DNA of 64,000 bases. Source: Schizochytrium sp. TIO01. Lineage: Eukaryota; Protista; Bigyra: Labyrinthulomycetes. Location of the stretch: positions 286,436 to 350,435 of the forward strand of contig SMSO01000031.1 in assembly GCA_004764695.1 (NCBI GenBank), read 5' to 3'. This document shows, piece by piece, positions 13,251 to 26,100 of the stretch. Position numbers and translations under genes: made by a program. Position 1 is the stretch's first letter. Each line of letters starts with the position of its first letter. The notes below the pieces were generated by a model. The model had not been told where the DNA came from. It made no database searches and saw only the letters and a program-made list of their open reading frames with translations.

Positions 13251-14408
13251 GAAGTTCTGTCTGCAGTGTAATTGCACTGCCGATCCAATAGAGCGTACGT
13301 AATACTGCTACAGGTTGCGATAAGCAGCACAGTATTTTGCATTACGTCGGGGACATGAACTTAGATATAGTCATATTGCAATGCATGGTGCTAAGCATAG
13401 GATGCTGGTTTGTACACGACATCTTATGCAACTAGGATTGCATGGTCGCTAGACTCTGAAGCACAGAGGCATCAAACGAGCAGGTCATCTAGGCGAGACT
13501 GATTGAGTTCTCACGAGGTACTCGGACAGGTGATGGGGTTTCCCTCTCGTTACATATTTGGGCGGCCTATTGAAGAGCCCTCGTTCTGCTACGCCTGAGC
13601 GTCAAAGCGAAATGATTTGGGATACTCTCAAGCACTCCCTAGAATCCCATTTCCCAGTTTAGAAGAAAAGTATTGACTTGAATTTGGGTCGATCTTCTCA
13701 GAATCCACTTGCAAAATACCTAGAGATCATATCATAACTGCTCCAGTAACCACGTCCCCACTTATATGTTATCCCTCATCTTGCGCTGCTTCCATGTCGA
13801 GTTTCTCTCTTTTACACATATGTCTCTATTGACCAAGCTTATCTTGAACTCCTTAGCACCTAGGCCTTTCGTCAAGCTTTGAATACAACTTCGGGCTACT
13901 TGCGTTATTTATTTATCTTACCTAGGTGGTAGGTACGTCTCAGGAGTCGCGATGCCGCCGTATCCCAAAACGACCTTTAAAGACCTTCTTTTCCTTCTCC
14001 TTCCTTTACAGCTTCTGATTCTTCTGTGCTACAAATTGACGACGCATATATACGCGCGTCATACTTTCATCGTGCTGGGTGTGTCCCTTCTGCCAAGACT
14101 CCATGGTACATGGTCGATTGAATTAGCAAGATCCTAGGAGTTATAACTAAGAGGTAAAATATTGTTGTATTTCTATTTTACTATTAGACAATAGTTGTAT
14201 GTATGCAGTGACAAATAGTGCCGTTACGAAGACCTTATTATTAGCGACCGTTGCGGTGCGCAAGAACTCTGCGCAGCTTCGAAGCTTGGCCCTACGCAAG
14301 CTCGAATTGCGGGCTCCGCGACGGTGTTGGGCTCCGCGACCACGGTGTTTCCGCTCGAAAGCAGAGCGAACTTTGCGTCGACTCAGGGACCTGAGTAGTG
14401 CGGTAAAG

Positions 14409-17400
14409 ATGGCGGAGGAAGTACCTGTTGTTGACGCAGTTGGCGAGGCTGGGCCTGCCGACGGTTCGCAAGATGCTGCTGCTGCAGAGAGTCTGGAATC
14501 TACAGAGCCTTCTGGACAAGAGATCACCCCTGAAGGTCAAGCTGAAGAAAATGCTGCTGCAGATAATGCAGCTGGTAGTGAACCCTTGAGCAGTGCAGGA
14601 GCGGAAGTTGACGGTACTGCTGCTACAGCAGAAGGCCAGGAGGCTTCGAATGAAAACCAGTCCCCCGAAGGCGAGGGTTCTGCTGCCGAGGGTGGCGAAA
14701 AAGCTGATGGCGTGGAGCCATTGGCGTTTGCAATTAAGTTTCCGGAGGAAAAACCTGCTGGTGTGAGCGCAATGATGATTTCCATTAAGAATATGGAAAA
14801 GTACGAACTGAAGACTGGTGATGGGCTGAAGGACACAGTTTCCTACAAATGGTTCAAAAAAGAAGAAGTTCTTGAAGAAATTCAAAACGTGGGTTTTTAC
14901 TCTGACTTTAATGACTTCAAGTCTGAGATTGCAGCATATCCTGAGGAGGAACTGCTGGTGATCGCCGATCCGGATGAGATTTACGGCCAAAACTGGATGA
15001 TTTGCTTATCCGTAGAAGCGAGAGACCTTCTTTTTAACATTATCGATGCAGAGGCTCGACGACTGCAAGAACTAAAGCGATTGGAGGATGAGGCAGAAGC
15101 GCAGCGTCTCGCAGAGGAGGAGGCCAAGCGCAACGTGGTTTATAAGGACAAACCAATCTTACCTCGGGAACGCCAATCCTTTACAAGTGCAGAAACACAA
15201 GTCGAAATTGACTGGTTTGATGTTAAGCCGAGTCGTAAATTAATTTGTGTCGAAGTATCGAGAAAACGCAGTGAATTCGGAGCACCAATCAAGTTCAATG
15301 ATCGAGACGCCGAGCAAAATGGGCTTGTTGAGTTTCGTCAGCACAAAGATCCAAATTTTGAGCTGAAGCGTCGCGAGCAAGACGTTGCTCTCCAGGCATG
15401 TGCCTCATGGACCGCAGCATGGATTCCCAACTCTCCTTGGGCACGCACAGAAGAAGAGGCTCGCACGATCACTGCAAAGACAGAGATCGAGATCCCATCT
15501 ATGGCAGATATTTTTTCTGCAGTGCCTATGGCAGTGGGTGCTGCGGGTCGAAGAGTGGCAAATGTGAGCGCTTTTGATTTTTGCTCTGAGAACTTGACAA
15601 TTGAGGACTTCTTGGGTGCGCGCGAAATTCCCCGCCTTGTCGAGGCTGGCACACAAACTGCATTCTTCCGCAAGCTCAACGCAACATCCCAGTATGAGTT
15701 CATCGAACTTTCACAAGATGAGCGTACGTCAATTGAGGAAGAAGAGTTGGCTGTATTTCTTAAGAATGTCTTGCCAAGCGTAGAGGTTGCTTTGCAACAA
15801 AATGAGACTATCGACGTCTTTGCAAACGAATTTCATAAACTTCGATCGGAGGAGGTGTCTGGACTTGGCAACACGGAAGATAACGTTTTACGAGAGCTGA
15901 AAACCTTTACAGATCTTGTATACTCCAATGGAAAGACTCTCCCGTGTGTAGATTGGCACCCTCGCTCACAGAATGTTGTTGCTGTTGCATGCGTTGATCC
16001 TTTACACTTTGATCAGCGAGTGGAGGTGTCGGGCCATGAACGCAACTCGTTCATTCTTATTTGGAATTTTGCGGACCTGATTCATCCACAGCTTGTACTT
16101 AAATCCCCCCATGAGTGCCGTTGCTTTGCTTTTAATCCAGACCAACCGCACCTTGTAGCAGGTGCTTGTGCAACTGGGCAGGTGATCATATGGGATATTT
16201 CACACGCTCAAGATAAGCTTCGTAAGCGTAAAGATGCTGGATCCAAATCACCGGAGACTGCAGATAACTCCCTCACAGCAGTGGTTGCTACAGAAGATAC
16301 TGGAAAGGTTGCAATTGCCAGCGATGGCGAAGTCCCAGAGGAAGCAGAAGAAAAAATTGACTCGAACGCATCAAGTATCGAGCCTGTGGAGCCTTTGATG
16401 ATTTCTCCGATCGAGCAATCTCATAAACGGCCCATTACTCACCTCGAATGGCTGCCAGCCAATCTAAACGTAAGCTCATCAGGTCGTGTAAGTGGTGATA
16501 TTAAATATGGATCAACCGATGGTATTGCAAATCAATTCATCACATGCGCTAGCGATGGCTTAATGATTATCTGGGGCCCACGTTTTGGAGGACCTGGCAA
16601 AACCGAGAAAGCAACGGCAATGGCAGATCCGAATGATCCTAACTCTGGTGAGGCTAATCGCCTTGCAGAGGAAACCCCTTGGAAGCCTATTTTTAAAACT
16701 TCGCTCTTTCGTCAGGGCAGCAGACCTTTCGGTATCACCAAAGTTGCTCTTCGTGGCCGTATTGATGCTCTTCTTGATATGCTCAACCGTTCATATGATA
16801 ATCAGCGTGGTTCATCCACAGATTTACAAGAAGGTCGCCCAATTAAAGGTATGGGTATGGTTGCCACAGGTACAATGTTTAGCTGTGCGACAGAGGAAGG
16901 TGATATGATCTACGCAGACTGGCAGGGTGCACGCCTTTCAGCAAAGGGTTCGCCTCGTGGGAACGGAAATGATGGTTCTAACAATAATGAAAACAACAAC
17001 GCTGGGAATAAGGATGATGCGCACCGCTTGATTGATGATAAGATCATCTGGGCGGCAACTGACCACTTTAGCCCATGTCTTGAGCTTCAGAGATCGCCCT
17101 TTTTCCCACATCTCATTCTCTCTGTCAGCTCGCATAGCTTTAACATTTGGAAAGAAGATCTTGCAGAACCTATTTTCTCTGCACCAATCTTTACTGGAGC
17201 ATCTCATCTGACATGCGCTGCATGGTCACCAACAAGGCCTGGTGTAATCATGGTTGGCAAATCAGATGGCACCTTGGACATTTGGGATTTTGTCGACCAG
17301 TCTCATCGACCTAGCTCCACAGCATCAATTACTGCTTATGCAATTACATCGCTAAGTTTCCGTACGATGGGTCCAAGCAAGACTACAAAGAGGGGCTCTC

Positions 17401-17930
17401 GAGGTGTTTCTGTAGATGCTACAGCCCCCCGTGTCGAGCAAACCCTTCGCAAGGCTCGTGTCGCAGATGCTATTGCCAATGCCCCACCGGGAGATCAACT
17501 GCAATGTTTGGCGCTGGGTGATGCCACTGGCAACCTGCATATTTTGGATGTTCCCCGCAACTTGCGCTGGCGCATGCCAACTGAGGAGAAGCTCATGACA
17601 AAGTTTTTTGAGCGTGAGTTAGAGCGGGTTGCACATGTTGCAGAACGCAAGGCAGTCCGAGAAAGAGAGCGAGAAAGTATTGACCTGGGGCAAGTGGGCT
17701 CGCCAGAGGGCACAGAGACAGAGATTGTCGATGAAAATAGTAGTGAGTATCGCAAATTGGTTCTCGCGGAGGAAAGGCGTTTTCAAGAGATGGCTGAGAA
17801 GCTTTTGGCGCCTGAGGATCTTGTGGTTGCTACCGCTGGCACAAAGGGACAGCGCAAGGCTAAGCCAGGCAAGAGTCCTAAAGCTAAACGCAAGGTTATT
17901 GGTGATATGCCGGCTACGGCTTCTTCATAA
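14409..17930 (+). CDS. WDR63: Axonemal dynein intermediate chain, WDR63/DNAI3 (IC140-like) WD40 protein
   Basis: ALQQNETIDVF, ELKTFTDL, IWNFADLIHPQLVL, QRSPFF and WSPTRPGV...G.LDIWD are typical of WDR63-type intermediate chains. Likely start is MAEEVP at 14409. Confidence 0.85.
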   Translation: MAEEVPVVDAVGEAGPADGSQDAAAAESLESTEPSGQEITPEGQAEENAAADNAAGSEPLSSAGAEVDGTAATAEGQEASNENQSPEGEGSAAEGGEKADGVEPLAFAIKFPEEKPAGVSAMMISIKNMEKYELKTGDGLKDTVSYKWFKKEEVLEEIQNVGFYSDFNDFKSEIAAYPEEELLVIADPDEIYGQNWMICLSVEARDLLFNIIDAEARRLQELKRLEDEAEAQRLAEEEAKRNVVYKDKPILPRERQSFTSAETQVEIDWFDVKPSRKLICVEVSRKRSEFGAPIKFNDRDAEQNGLVEFRQHKDPNFELKRREQDVALQACASWTAAWIPNSPWARTEEEARTITAKTEIEIPSMADIFSAVPMAVGAAGRRVANVSAFDFCSENLTIEDFLGAREIPRLVEAGTQTAFFRKLNATSQYEFIELSQDERTSIEEEELAVFLKNVLPSVEVALQQNETIDVFANEFHKLRSEEVSGLGNTEDNVLRELKTFTDLVYSNGKTLPCVDWHPRSQNVVAVACVDPLHFDQRVEVSGHERNSFILIWNFADLIHPQLVLKSPHECRCFAFNPDQPHLVAGACATGQVIIWDISHAQDKLRKRKDAGSKSPETADNSLTAVVATEDTGKVAIASDGEVPEEAEEKIDSNASSIEPVEPLMISPIEQSHKRPITHLEWLPANLNVSSSGRVSGDIKYGSTDGIANQFITCASDGLMIIWGPRFGGPGKTEKATAMADPNDPNSGEANRLAEETPWKPIFKTSLFRQGSRPFGITKVALRGRIDALLDMLNRSYDNQRGSSTDLQEGRPIKGMGMVATGTMFSCATEEGDMIYADWQGARLSAKGSPRGNGNDGSNNNENNNAGNKDDAHRLIDDKIIWAATDHFSPCLELQRSPFFPHLILSVSSHSFNIWKEDLAEPIFSAPIFTGASHLTCAAWSPTRPGVIMVGKSDGTLDIWDFVDQSHRPSSTASITAYAITSLSFRTMGPSKTTKRGSRGVSVDATAPRVEQTLRKARVADAIANAPPGDQLQCLALGDATGNLHILDVPRNLRWRMPTEEKLMTKFFERELERVAHVAERKAVRERERESIDLGQVGSPEGTETEIVDENSSEYRKLVLAEERRFQEMAEKLLAPEDLVVATAGTKGQRKAKPGKSPKAKRKVIGDMPATASS

Positions 17931-20859
17931 AGGATGCCTGGTGTTACGTGTGTTACTTTCGTTCTGTTGTTTGGTTCTCTACATTGTTTAATGAATCGAG
18001 TGTTCTCCATAGACTAATCTTTATAATCCTCTTTTACTACATTTTTAAATACATCATGACTTCTAATTTCACAGCTTTGTGAGAACAGATAGGTAGTAAG
18101 CACTGCAACCAATGACATTCTTGTAGTTACGTTTGCCCCCCCCAAAAAAAAACTTTAAAGTGCGACTTTCTGTTTCGGCCTCTGATTATCATAAGCGAGA
18201 GGAACGAGTCAAAATGCTCAAAGAGCCATGCAAGGTTTTGAATGGCATATAAGAAGAAGCCACATTGGAGCTGGGGCGCAGGGCGAATAAAGATCTCATT
18301 GCTCAGGCCTGCTCGGGACAAGAAACGCACCATGAGCATAGATTCAAGTTTAATGCCAAATAAGAAGCGAGCGGGCCACTCAAAATGCGTTTCATCCCAA
18401 AGAAAAAGCAAGCATTCTTGTACGAAGAAAGCATGGAACAATTTATATTGCACTTCTACAAGAAAAGGAACTACATAAGGCCGTGGAAGAAGGGCGAAAC
18501 CCCAAACAAACAGAGATTGTGGCTTCAAAACAATATAATCATTCTATTGAGAAGGTGCTCGAGGGAGAAACACCAGCGCACGATACAACTAAAGCAGAAT
18601 TCTAGGCCATTAGAAAGACGCTCCACACTGAGACAGTCGCGTACAGCGTCGTCAAAGCAATGCAAGGGGCCAGGGAACACGGGAATAAATCGACTATTTT
18701 ATTCGTCAAAGAGGTGCATGAACCTATCAAAGGAGGGCTCTCTCAAAACAGAGCAAATCTAACATCGTAATTTCACACACAAAAATCACAACGAACGTAG
18801 GGCAAATAAAGCTATTGACACAGCGCTTCGCGATTATAACGGCTGCAAGATAAACGTGTTCGATGTCGAGAAACACCGGAGGTGTCTCTAGATATCCGAT
18901 GTGATGGTACATACCAAAGTCAAGGACAGGACAGCAGTATCAAAGAGGTAGACGCCTTACTTGCTGCCGTTCACCTCTTAAAATTCTTATTTTTTAGTTC
19001 GCGCTCTCAGGTTATAATATAGAGAAATAAATAGAATCTTTTATATATTGGGTTATATGACATGCGTATGGGATGCTTGATACTATTAAATCAAGCCTCG
19101 AATCACTTTGCTGGATGAATTGTCAGACACTCGTTTTCACCTTACAGCGTCTTCAGAGCCTGTAGCCCCAAAACACTTGAATTGCGTCTTATCTCGTGTT
19201 GCAACAAAGGATTTCGACATAAACTTTTTTACTAGCTGGTAGTTAATTATACTAGAGCTGAGTAGTAATAGTAGGAAGCAGTGCTAGCGCAGGTTTGGGT
19301 TTGCGAAGCCCCCAAAACGGGTGACAGAGTCAGTTCTTCCACATGCTTATCAAATCCTTGACTTCATGCTTTTATGTACACTAGCCAGAACAGCACACGT
19401 GAGTAAAATTACTTAGACCTGTGGCCAGCGCGCTCGGTACGGCACACGAAGCGAGTACTGCTTCGTTTCAAGCAATCTTGTCATCTCTTGATGCTTACTA
19501 AACTCCTTGACGACAACAATCACGAGTGTACTACTGTGGAGATGTTGTACTACTACTGAGGGAAAGATGAGCACGTTCATTTTTCTTACTCTCATTCTTA
19601 TTATTGGTCCTATAGAATGCATTTTATACTACTGCCTATTTTTCATTTCACCTTCTTCAAATCTCTGCTTCTTTTTCGACATAACACCTCATCTGAGCTG
19701 AGATGGTTGAATTTATAATATTGGCGGTCTGGGAGTCAATTCAGAAGCCAGAAATACTAATGGCCCAGCCAGATGGTCTTGCTTCCGTCTCTGTGTTCGA
19801 CCTTTCTTCTAATTAATTTGGACTTGGGTACTAGTCTTGTGAAGTGTTTAAAGTTAGTCTAAAATTTGTGTATGAGAATTACTATTGACTTGGTGTTGCT
19901 CTCTTGCAAGTTATGAGGTCCCTTCACAGGATTTTGTTTTTAGCACTCTCATCCTGTTTTTCTTTCCTTCAAAAACAAACAAAACAAACCACACAAAAAA
20001 CCAAAAGAGAGGGACTGACAACTCTTCTGCAACAAATCAAGCCCATCAAACAATAAAGCACGCAGAGGCGAAGTCAAACTAGAATGCTGAATGATCAAAA
20101 CAAGCACTGCAAGGAAAATCAAGAAATGATAAAAATATAAAGCGATTCAGTCAAATAGGGAAAAGAAGCTCATTTTCCATGATTACGTTTGGTTGTTTGT
20201 TGATTTGATATTGGGTTTCGTTTGGTTCACTCTCGGCACCGATACGCGACAGAGTTATTGGCTTGATGCCTGATTGCATGGCAGGTCACTCGCCATCTTT
20301 TTAGATGGCGAGTGGCTTCTTCAAGCTGTACTATCTATCGGTATCGGAGAGGCTACGAGAGCGGTATCGACCTAAGGTAGGTTCGGTCCTCTTCATGAGG
20401 AGGCCTCCCTGCCTTTGGCTTTCGTGTCGGTGGCAGTGGCACTCAAAACAACGCTTTGGGCGACTTCGCAAGCGAGCGAGCTACAAGCAAAAAAAAGCAA
20501 TCGCTCTCAAAGCAAGACGCCGTGTCCATCATTGTGCTAGTGTGTGGCCAAGCGCTCCTTCCTTGGTGACGTCTCCGCAGCTAATGCACTCCACTCGTGC
20601 CACAAAGCAGCACAAATCTCGCACATTCCCTACAGATTTTCGACGAAACCAACGAAGCAATTCCCGTCAATTTGACGTGATTTCGATGTGACTTTGATAT
20701 GAATCTGGAGCAGATCCAAGAAATAGCTGACATCGATGATTTGATATCAATTCAGCCCTGGATTTAGTTCGACGAAGATGAAAGAGTTCAATCACTATCA
20801 CAATCACAATCAGAACGGGAATTTGAGACTCAGCAGCAGCGTTTGAGCACGCTGGCGGC

Positions 20860-21255
20860 TTAGATGAGGAGCTTCTCGATCTCGAGCTTGACCTGGTCGA
20901 TCTGCTTCTTGAGCTGGGATCCATCGTTGCTGAGAACGCTGGCAGCGATGACGGGGCGGGAGACACCGCAGGCACGGCCAAGGGCGGTCTTGCTGGAGAC
21001 GAAGACGTAGGGCACGTTCTTGTCCTCAGCAAGGAGGGGGAGGTGGAGGAGGATGGCAAGGGGCTCGGCATCGGCGGCCATGATGACGAACTCGCTGCGG
21101 CCACGGTTCAAGGTCTTGGTGGCCTCGTTGGCGCCCTTCTTGAGCTGCTTGAGGTTGCCAGCCTGCTGGACAAGCTCGAGGATGGAGACGGAGAGCTCCT
21201 CACCGGCGAGAGGGTAAGCGCGGGGGTCCACGCCGTCCTTGCTTTCCTTGCCCAT
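20860..21255 (-). CDS. SNU13: U4/box C/D snoRNP 15.5K protein (L7Ae family)
   Basis: PRAYPLA...[16 protein letters not shown]...[17 protein letters not shown]...[13 protein letters not shown]; ATG at 21255. Confidence 0.96.
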   Translation of the reverse strand: MGKESKDGVDPRAYPLAGEELSVSILELVQQAGNLKQLKKGANEATKTLNRGRSEFVIMAADAEPLAILLHLPLLAEDKNVPYVFVSSKTALGRACGVSRPVIAASVLSNDGSQLKKQIDQVKLEIEKLLI

Positions 21256-22375
21256 CTTGTTGGTGTGAGAAAACTGAAGAAGCTTGCTAACTCCTGACGA
21301 TGACCTCAATCGAATTTGTTTGCTCTCGTGGACTCAAGTTTGCAAATTGATGGCCCCAAGATCACCTCCTCCACTAGATTATCCTCAACTAGAACTTTAA
21401 CTCCTACACTACACTATCCAAACTTACACTACAGAATACAGCATATAACCCACTTGTAACATTCAACTTACTTAACAATACTCCACTTGTGAGAGGGCAT
21501 TCCGAGACCACCCATCGCCACCAGAGCTCACAGGTCCAGTATATTATGGAATAGCGAGGATATCACGGGATAGAAGACCCTGAAAAGTGCGACGGGCTAG
21601 GGTCTAAATAGGCGCAACTGGTAGGCCTCAAGAGGATCCCTTTTCAGTACACATTTTAAGGGGAAAGCTGGGATCCGTGATATCCTAGGATTAGCGCATA
21701 GGAGAAGACCACTCATTTCTTTCCTCTAATTCTGGCATGCTGTACGAGCTTGTCTGTACTGCCTTTGGCACAGAGGTTGCGAAGTGTCGAAGCAAGTATA
21801 TGAATGATTACGCACGGAGCTAACTTGGGCTCTGTTGGGCTAAAGAACTTGACTCGGAGCAGCTCTTTCTTGGATTCTTGCACATTATTTCTGTGGTCAC
21901 GGGGCCACAGCCACTCGCGGCTCGGAGTAATTATGAGGCTATCGGGCTAACATGTGTAGGCTAGTTTTGCCGAGATTGAGAACAGATGGGTTCTGCAACG
22001 GATCTTGATGATCAGTAGCTGGATGATATTTAAACAGTGCCGTAAACGAAGGCACTTGAAAAGACTCATCGATTATGTACAGCACACTCTTGTGAAAAAC
22101 TTCTTAAACAATATTTAACTTTGAAAGCCTTATTTCATATTATAAGCCACAAGAAGTATATGAACTCTTGTGAAATGGTAGAATACTGACTAATCGCGGT
22201 GAGAACTGACCACTCGAGGTCTTCGAATTTTGCTGGAAATATAGCGAATTAGAACTAGAAGCTTGCGATCATTACATTTGCAACGCCGTGTGTTGGTCCT
22301 ATGGCATAGGCAAGTCGATAAGAACTCTCTTTCTTTGACCAGCAAGCAGCGTGTAGAAATTGAAGATCCTTCGTA

Positions 22376-22825
22376 ATGGAAGCACCGTCGTTTGGAGTAG
22401 ATCTGCAATGGATCAAAGATCAAGACTCAAAGTCGCCAAATGAAGAGGAACGTCGAAAGTCTATTTCGAGTAGCTCGACTCGCAAAAGGAACCTGACACA
22501 CAAGAAAAATAAGAAACTCTGTGCACTGTGCGATCAGAAGTTTCCTACTACAACTATGGGAACCAAAGTCACGCGGAAACGCATCATTGAATGGCGCCGT
22601 AGTCACGGAATTGCAATGAAAAATGCTTCACCATTTACTCTGTACGACTATGTTCCCGTGTGCTTATTTTGCGCTCAGTTCTTCGGAGACGTAGCTGCCG
22701 AAAGACCTCGTCGTGAACGCAGTGAAGAAGCCACCAGCAGTAATCTTTTACGTCCAATGATATTTGCAAACGAGGATCGTGTAATGGCATACCCTCCAAA
22801 TTACTTCAGTCCACTTTTCCGATAG
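22376..22825 (+). CDS. Small hypothetical protein with a split C4 zinc-finger (CALC...CLFC)
   Basis: 149-aa ATG-started ORF with two CxxC pairs; gene model may be incomplete. Confidence 0.6.
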   Translation: MEAPSFGVDLQWIKDQDSKSPNEEERRKSISSSSTRKRNLTHKKNKKLCALCDQKFPTTTMGTKVTRKRIIEWRRSHGIAMKNASPFTLYDYVPVCLFCAQFFGDVAAERPRRERSEEATSSNLLRPMIFANEDRVMAYPPNYFSPLFR

Positions 22826-23196
22826 CTTGACACTGGTTGCTGACAAATACCGCATTTCAAATGAAAACAAATTAGGTACTACCCTGAGGGCTCTTGAGAT
22901 TGTAATCCTTTTATAATGTTTCTTTTAAAAAAGGAGAGGCAACTGTTGCGATCTAATTGCACAAGCAGTCCAAGCCAATGTAGTAATTAAACCTGTGAAT
23001 TAACCTGATTGGATCAGAGTAATTAATTTAAGAGTGTATTTTCTTAGTAAGTTTAATTCTTTCTTTCTAAAAACAACCCGTTTAAGGGGTAAGGGGAGAG
23101 GTGAGAGGTAATCATGTCTGAAATCAAGAGCGCTGAAGGTCAGCAGCGGGATAGCCCTTCGAAGCCCGTAACTCCAAAACACAACATCCAATATAT

Positions 23197-26100
23197 CTAC
23201 TCTTCGGTCTTCACCTCGCACAAAAGCTCGATAAGGTTCTGGTCTGCAGAAGCTGTGGTCAACACGGCGTAAGCTCTAACAAATTCTTCCCGAATAATGC
23301 GAAATTCGCGGTCACGAACAACGTGTGCGACATCGTAGCTCGTCTCAAAAGGATCCTCAATTGCCATACGCTGGTGGAGCTTCCACGAATCCTCACTTGC
23401 TTTACTTTCCTTCGTAACAAGGTGAGCATCCCGAATACCAATGACATGGCGGCGCCAGTCAAAGTGAAAAGCCATCGTCCAAAAGAAGCCAATCATGAGT
23501 TCAGCAAGCGAGTCTGTATTTGTCTTCGCAAATGCAGACAGTTTTTCCATGGCCTGTGCCATGCGCTCCTTAGAGGCAAAATAGCTGCTTTGCGGGTCTG
23601 CGTAAAAGTAGGTGTTTTGCTGAGCACCTTCATTGTTGCTTTGCACAAGTACGACCGGGAGATCCTCCGCAGGATCATCGGACTCCTGCGAGCTGATACG
23701 ATCACCAGCCCAGGTTGGAGGAAGTGCCTGCAAAGGTGGAAGCATAGGCTGGTCCAGGTGTTGCAGGTAGTGGATAACCAACAGGATATATCCGTAGCTG
23801 GAGAGAGTGCGCTCGGCTGGGTTGTTGATTTTGCGTTTCTTTGCCCATGTCTTAACTACATATGCAAGCTGCCGCATGCGCGGATCAATAAGAGAATATG
23901 TGCGAAGTAAGAGTGTGTTCCGAATAGCGAGGCGATTGTCTACACAGATATCACACTCAAGCTCTAAAGGTCCGTGGCGGAACTGTAAGATTGGAATACG
24001 AGCGGACTTTCGCGAATCATCAATATCCTCAAAACCATTCTCTGCAAGAGTCATAGCAAGATCCTCCACGGCCTTGGATGCTGGCGGGGCGCCGAGAAGC
24101 TCTGAAGGAGTTTCATCAAATAGAGCGTCAGGCCAGCGCGAGCCAGATCGCATTAAGACAAGGCAAATATCCAAATCAGAGCCCTCAGAGCCAAAGTTGT
24201 TGATTGAACTTCCAAAGGGTACGAGCTTGGCATCACATCCCCACATGACCGATGTTTGGTTTACCACATTCTGCAGCTCATCCACAAAGCTGAGGCGGGA
24301 CTGCTCCATTGATGGGTCAGGAATCACACTCTTAACAAAGTTAAGAGCATCCCTGTTCATACCATCAAGACGATCATTGGGTAGGACTCGCAGCTTGCGC
24401 AGTTCTTCCACAGAGTCACCAAGCTGGAGACGCAGGTCTTGGGCATAGTGCGCCCGCATCTCGTCCTTGGAGGCATAAAAGATCTCATCCACCGGGCAAA
24501 AGAGAGTCAGAAGGTTCTCCATTTCTTCCTGTTCCTGTGGCTTGACAAGGTTTTGCACAGCCGGACACCTCAGGTAAGCATCTAAAACTCCACGGAGCGA
24601 GCTTGCCAAAGTAGCACGGTCACGGAGGTTCTGGCCCACAGCACGATCCATTGCCAGCCAGTTATCCTTGGCATCTTTCCATTCGTTAAAGTCACCTTCG
24701 TTCAAAAGACCAAAATTGTCCAAGTCTTCGGTGGAAAGAGGTTCGCCCTTTTCTGCTTCACGTTCAGCAAGCGCATCGGCACGGAGATGTTCCTTACGGT
24801 CATTGAGCATTTCAAACTGCACGCGTCGCTCCTCAAGCAATGGTGATTCATTTTCAATAGCAGCGGTAAGATCCTCACATCTCCGCTGTACCTGCGTAAT
24901 GCAGGCGCGAATAATTTGCAACATTTCACGATACAAAGCACTTTCTTGCCGGGCCTCCTGTGTACGAATGTCACCTTGAGAGGAGGCATCACTGTGGCCG
25001 CCACGGCCGCCACGGCGTCCACCGCGGTCTGACCCGCGGCCTCGGCCGTTTGTTTCTTGCAAGGGCTGACGAAGCGTACGCAGCTGGCGAATGAGTGTGG
25101 CGAACTGCATTGTTGCATTGGAGAGCTTTTTGCGATCCTGTAGAATAAGCGATTTATTGTAAGTGATTCATTGAGAAATCAATTTGGTTAGTCGTGGAAA
25201 TTCACAAAGCGTTATCCCCCCCCCCCCCAAGGGGAAGGGCCGAACGTGATAGCAAGATTAAGTTTGGTCTAGATGAACTTACCGAAAGATTTTTTCGTAC
25301 AAAGTCAAGAGCCTCAAACATGTCAGCGCCTTGGACCTCTACATGCACAGTGTTAGATCGCGCCACGGGCATAGAAATCTCAACTTCGCCTCCTTTACCG
25401 AAAGAGCCACTATCTCCTTTGAAGTAGCGAAAATTGTACTGTCCAACACCACGCGGAGTCCGGAGCCGAAGAGAGCCGCGTACTAGACCAGTGCTAGGCT
25501 CATACTTGGAGAGACCGTCTACATCCCTGTTCAGAATGAATCCATCACAAGTATCGATCCGAGTCCGCGCGCGATATAGTCCCACCCAGTCAGACACATG
25601 TGCGTTGCCCATGTCTGAAGGATCGTACGCACTACGCTGCACGAATTCGGCAGGAATGGCCCAGTCCACTTTTATATACTGATTTGGGCCTGTGCGGCAC
25701 GGATAAACTTTCATTTCTCCTACAGGCTTGTACATAAAACGTGCCACGCGAATTGCCTTCTTAAGAGCTTTTTCATCATCGGATTCTAAAGCAAGTCTCT
25801 GCGGACCCAATCCTGGGCTTAATAATTTGCTCGTGAGGTACGGGCTGCGTTGAGATGCAGGGCGCATACTTGGCGAGGCTTGACGTCCTTGGGAGCTAGG
25901 TGGTGCAATAGATGCATTCATCATGCGACCTTCCAGCTCTTCCATAGTCAAAACTTTAGCTCGCATAGGCGGAGGGTTTCCCATGGGCGGAAGGCCAGCC
26001 CCTAGACTGCCTGCACTGCTACTGGTGCCCTGCTCCCACGGGCTCGAAGTTGGTGCTGGCCATCCGCCTTGATGTTGTATCTGTTGCGAGTGGATTTGTT

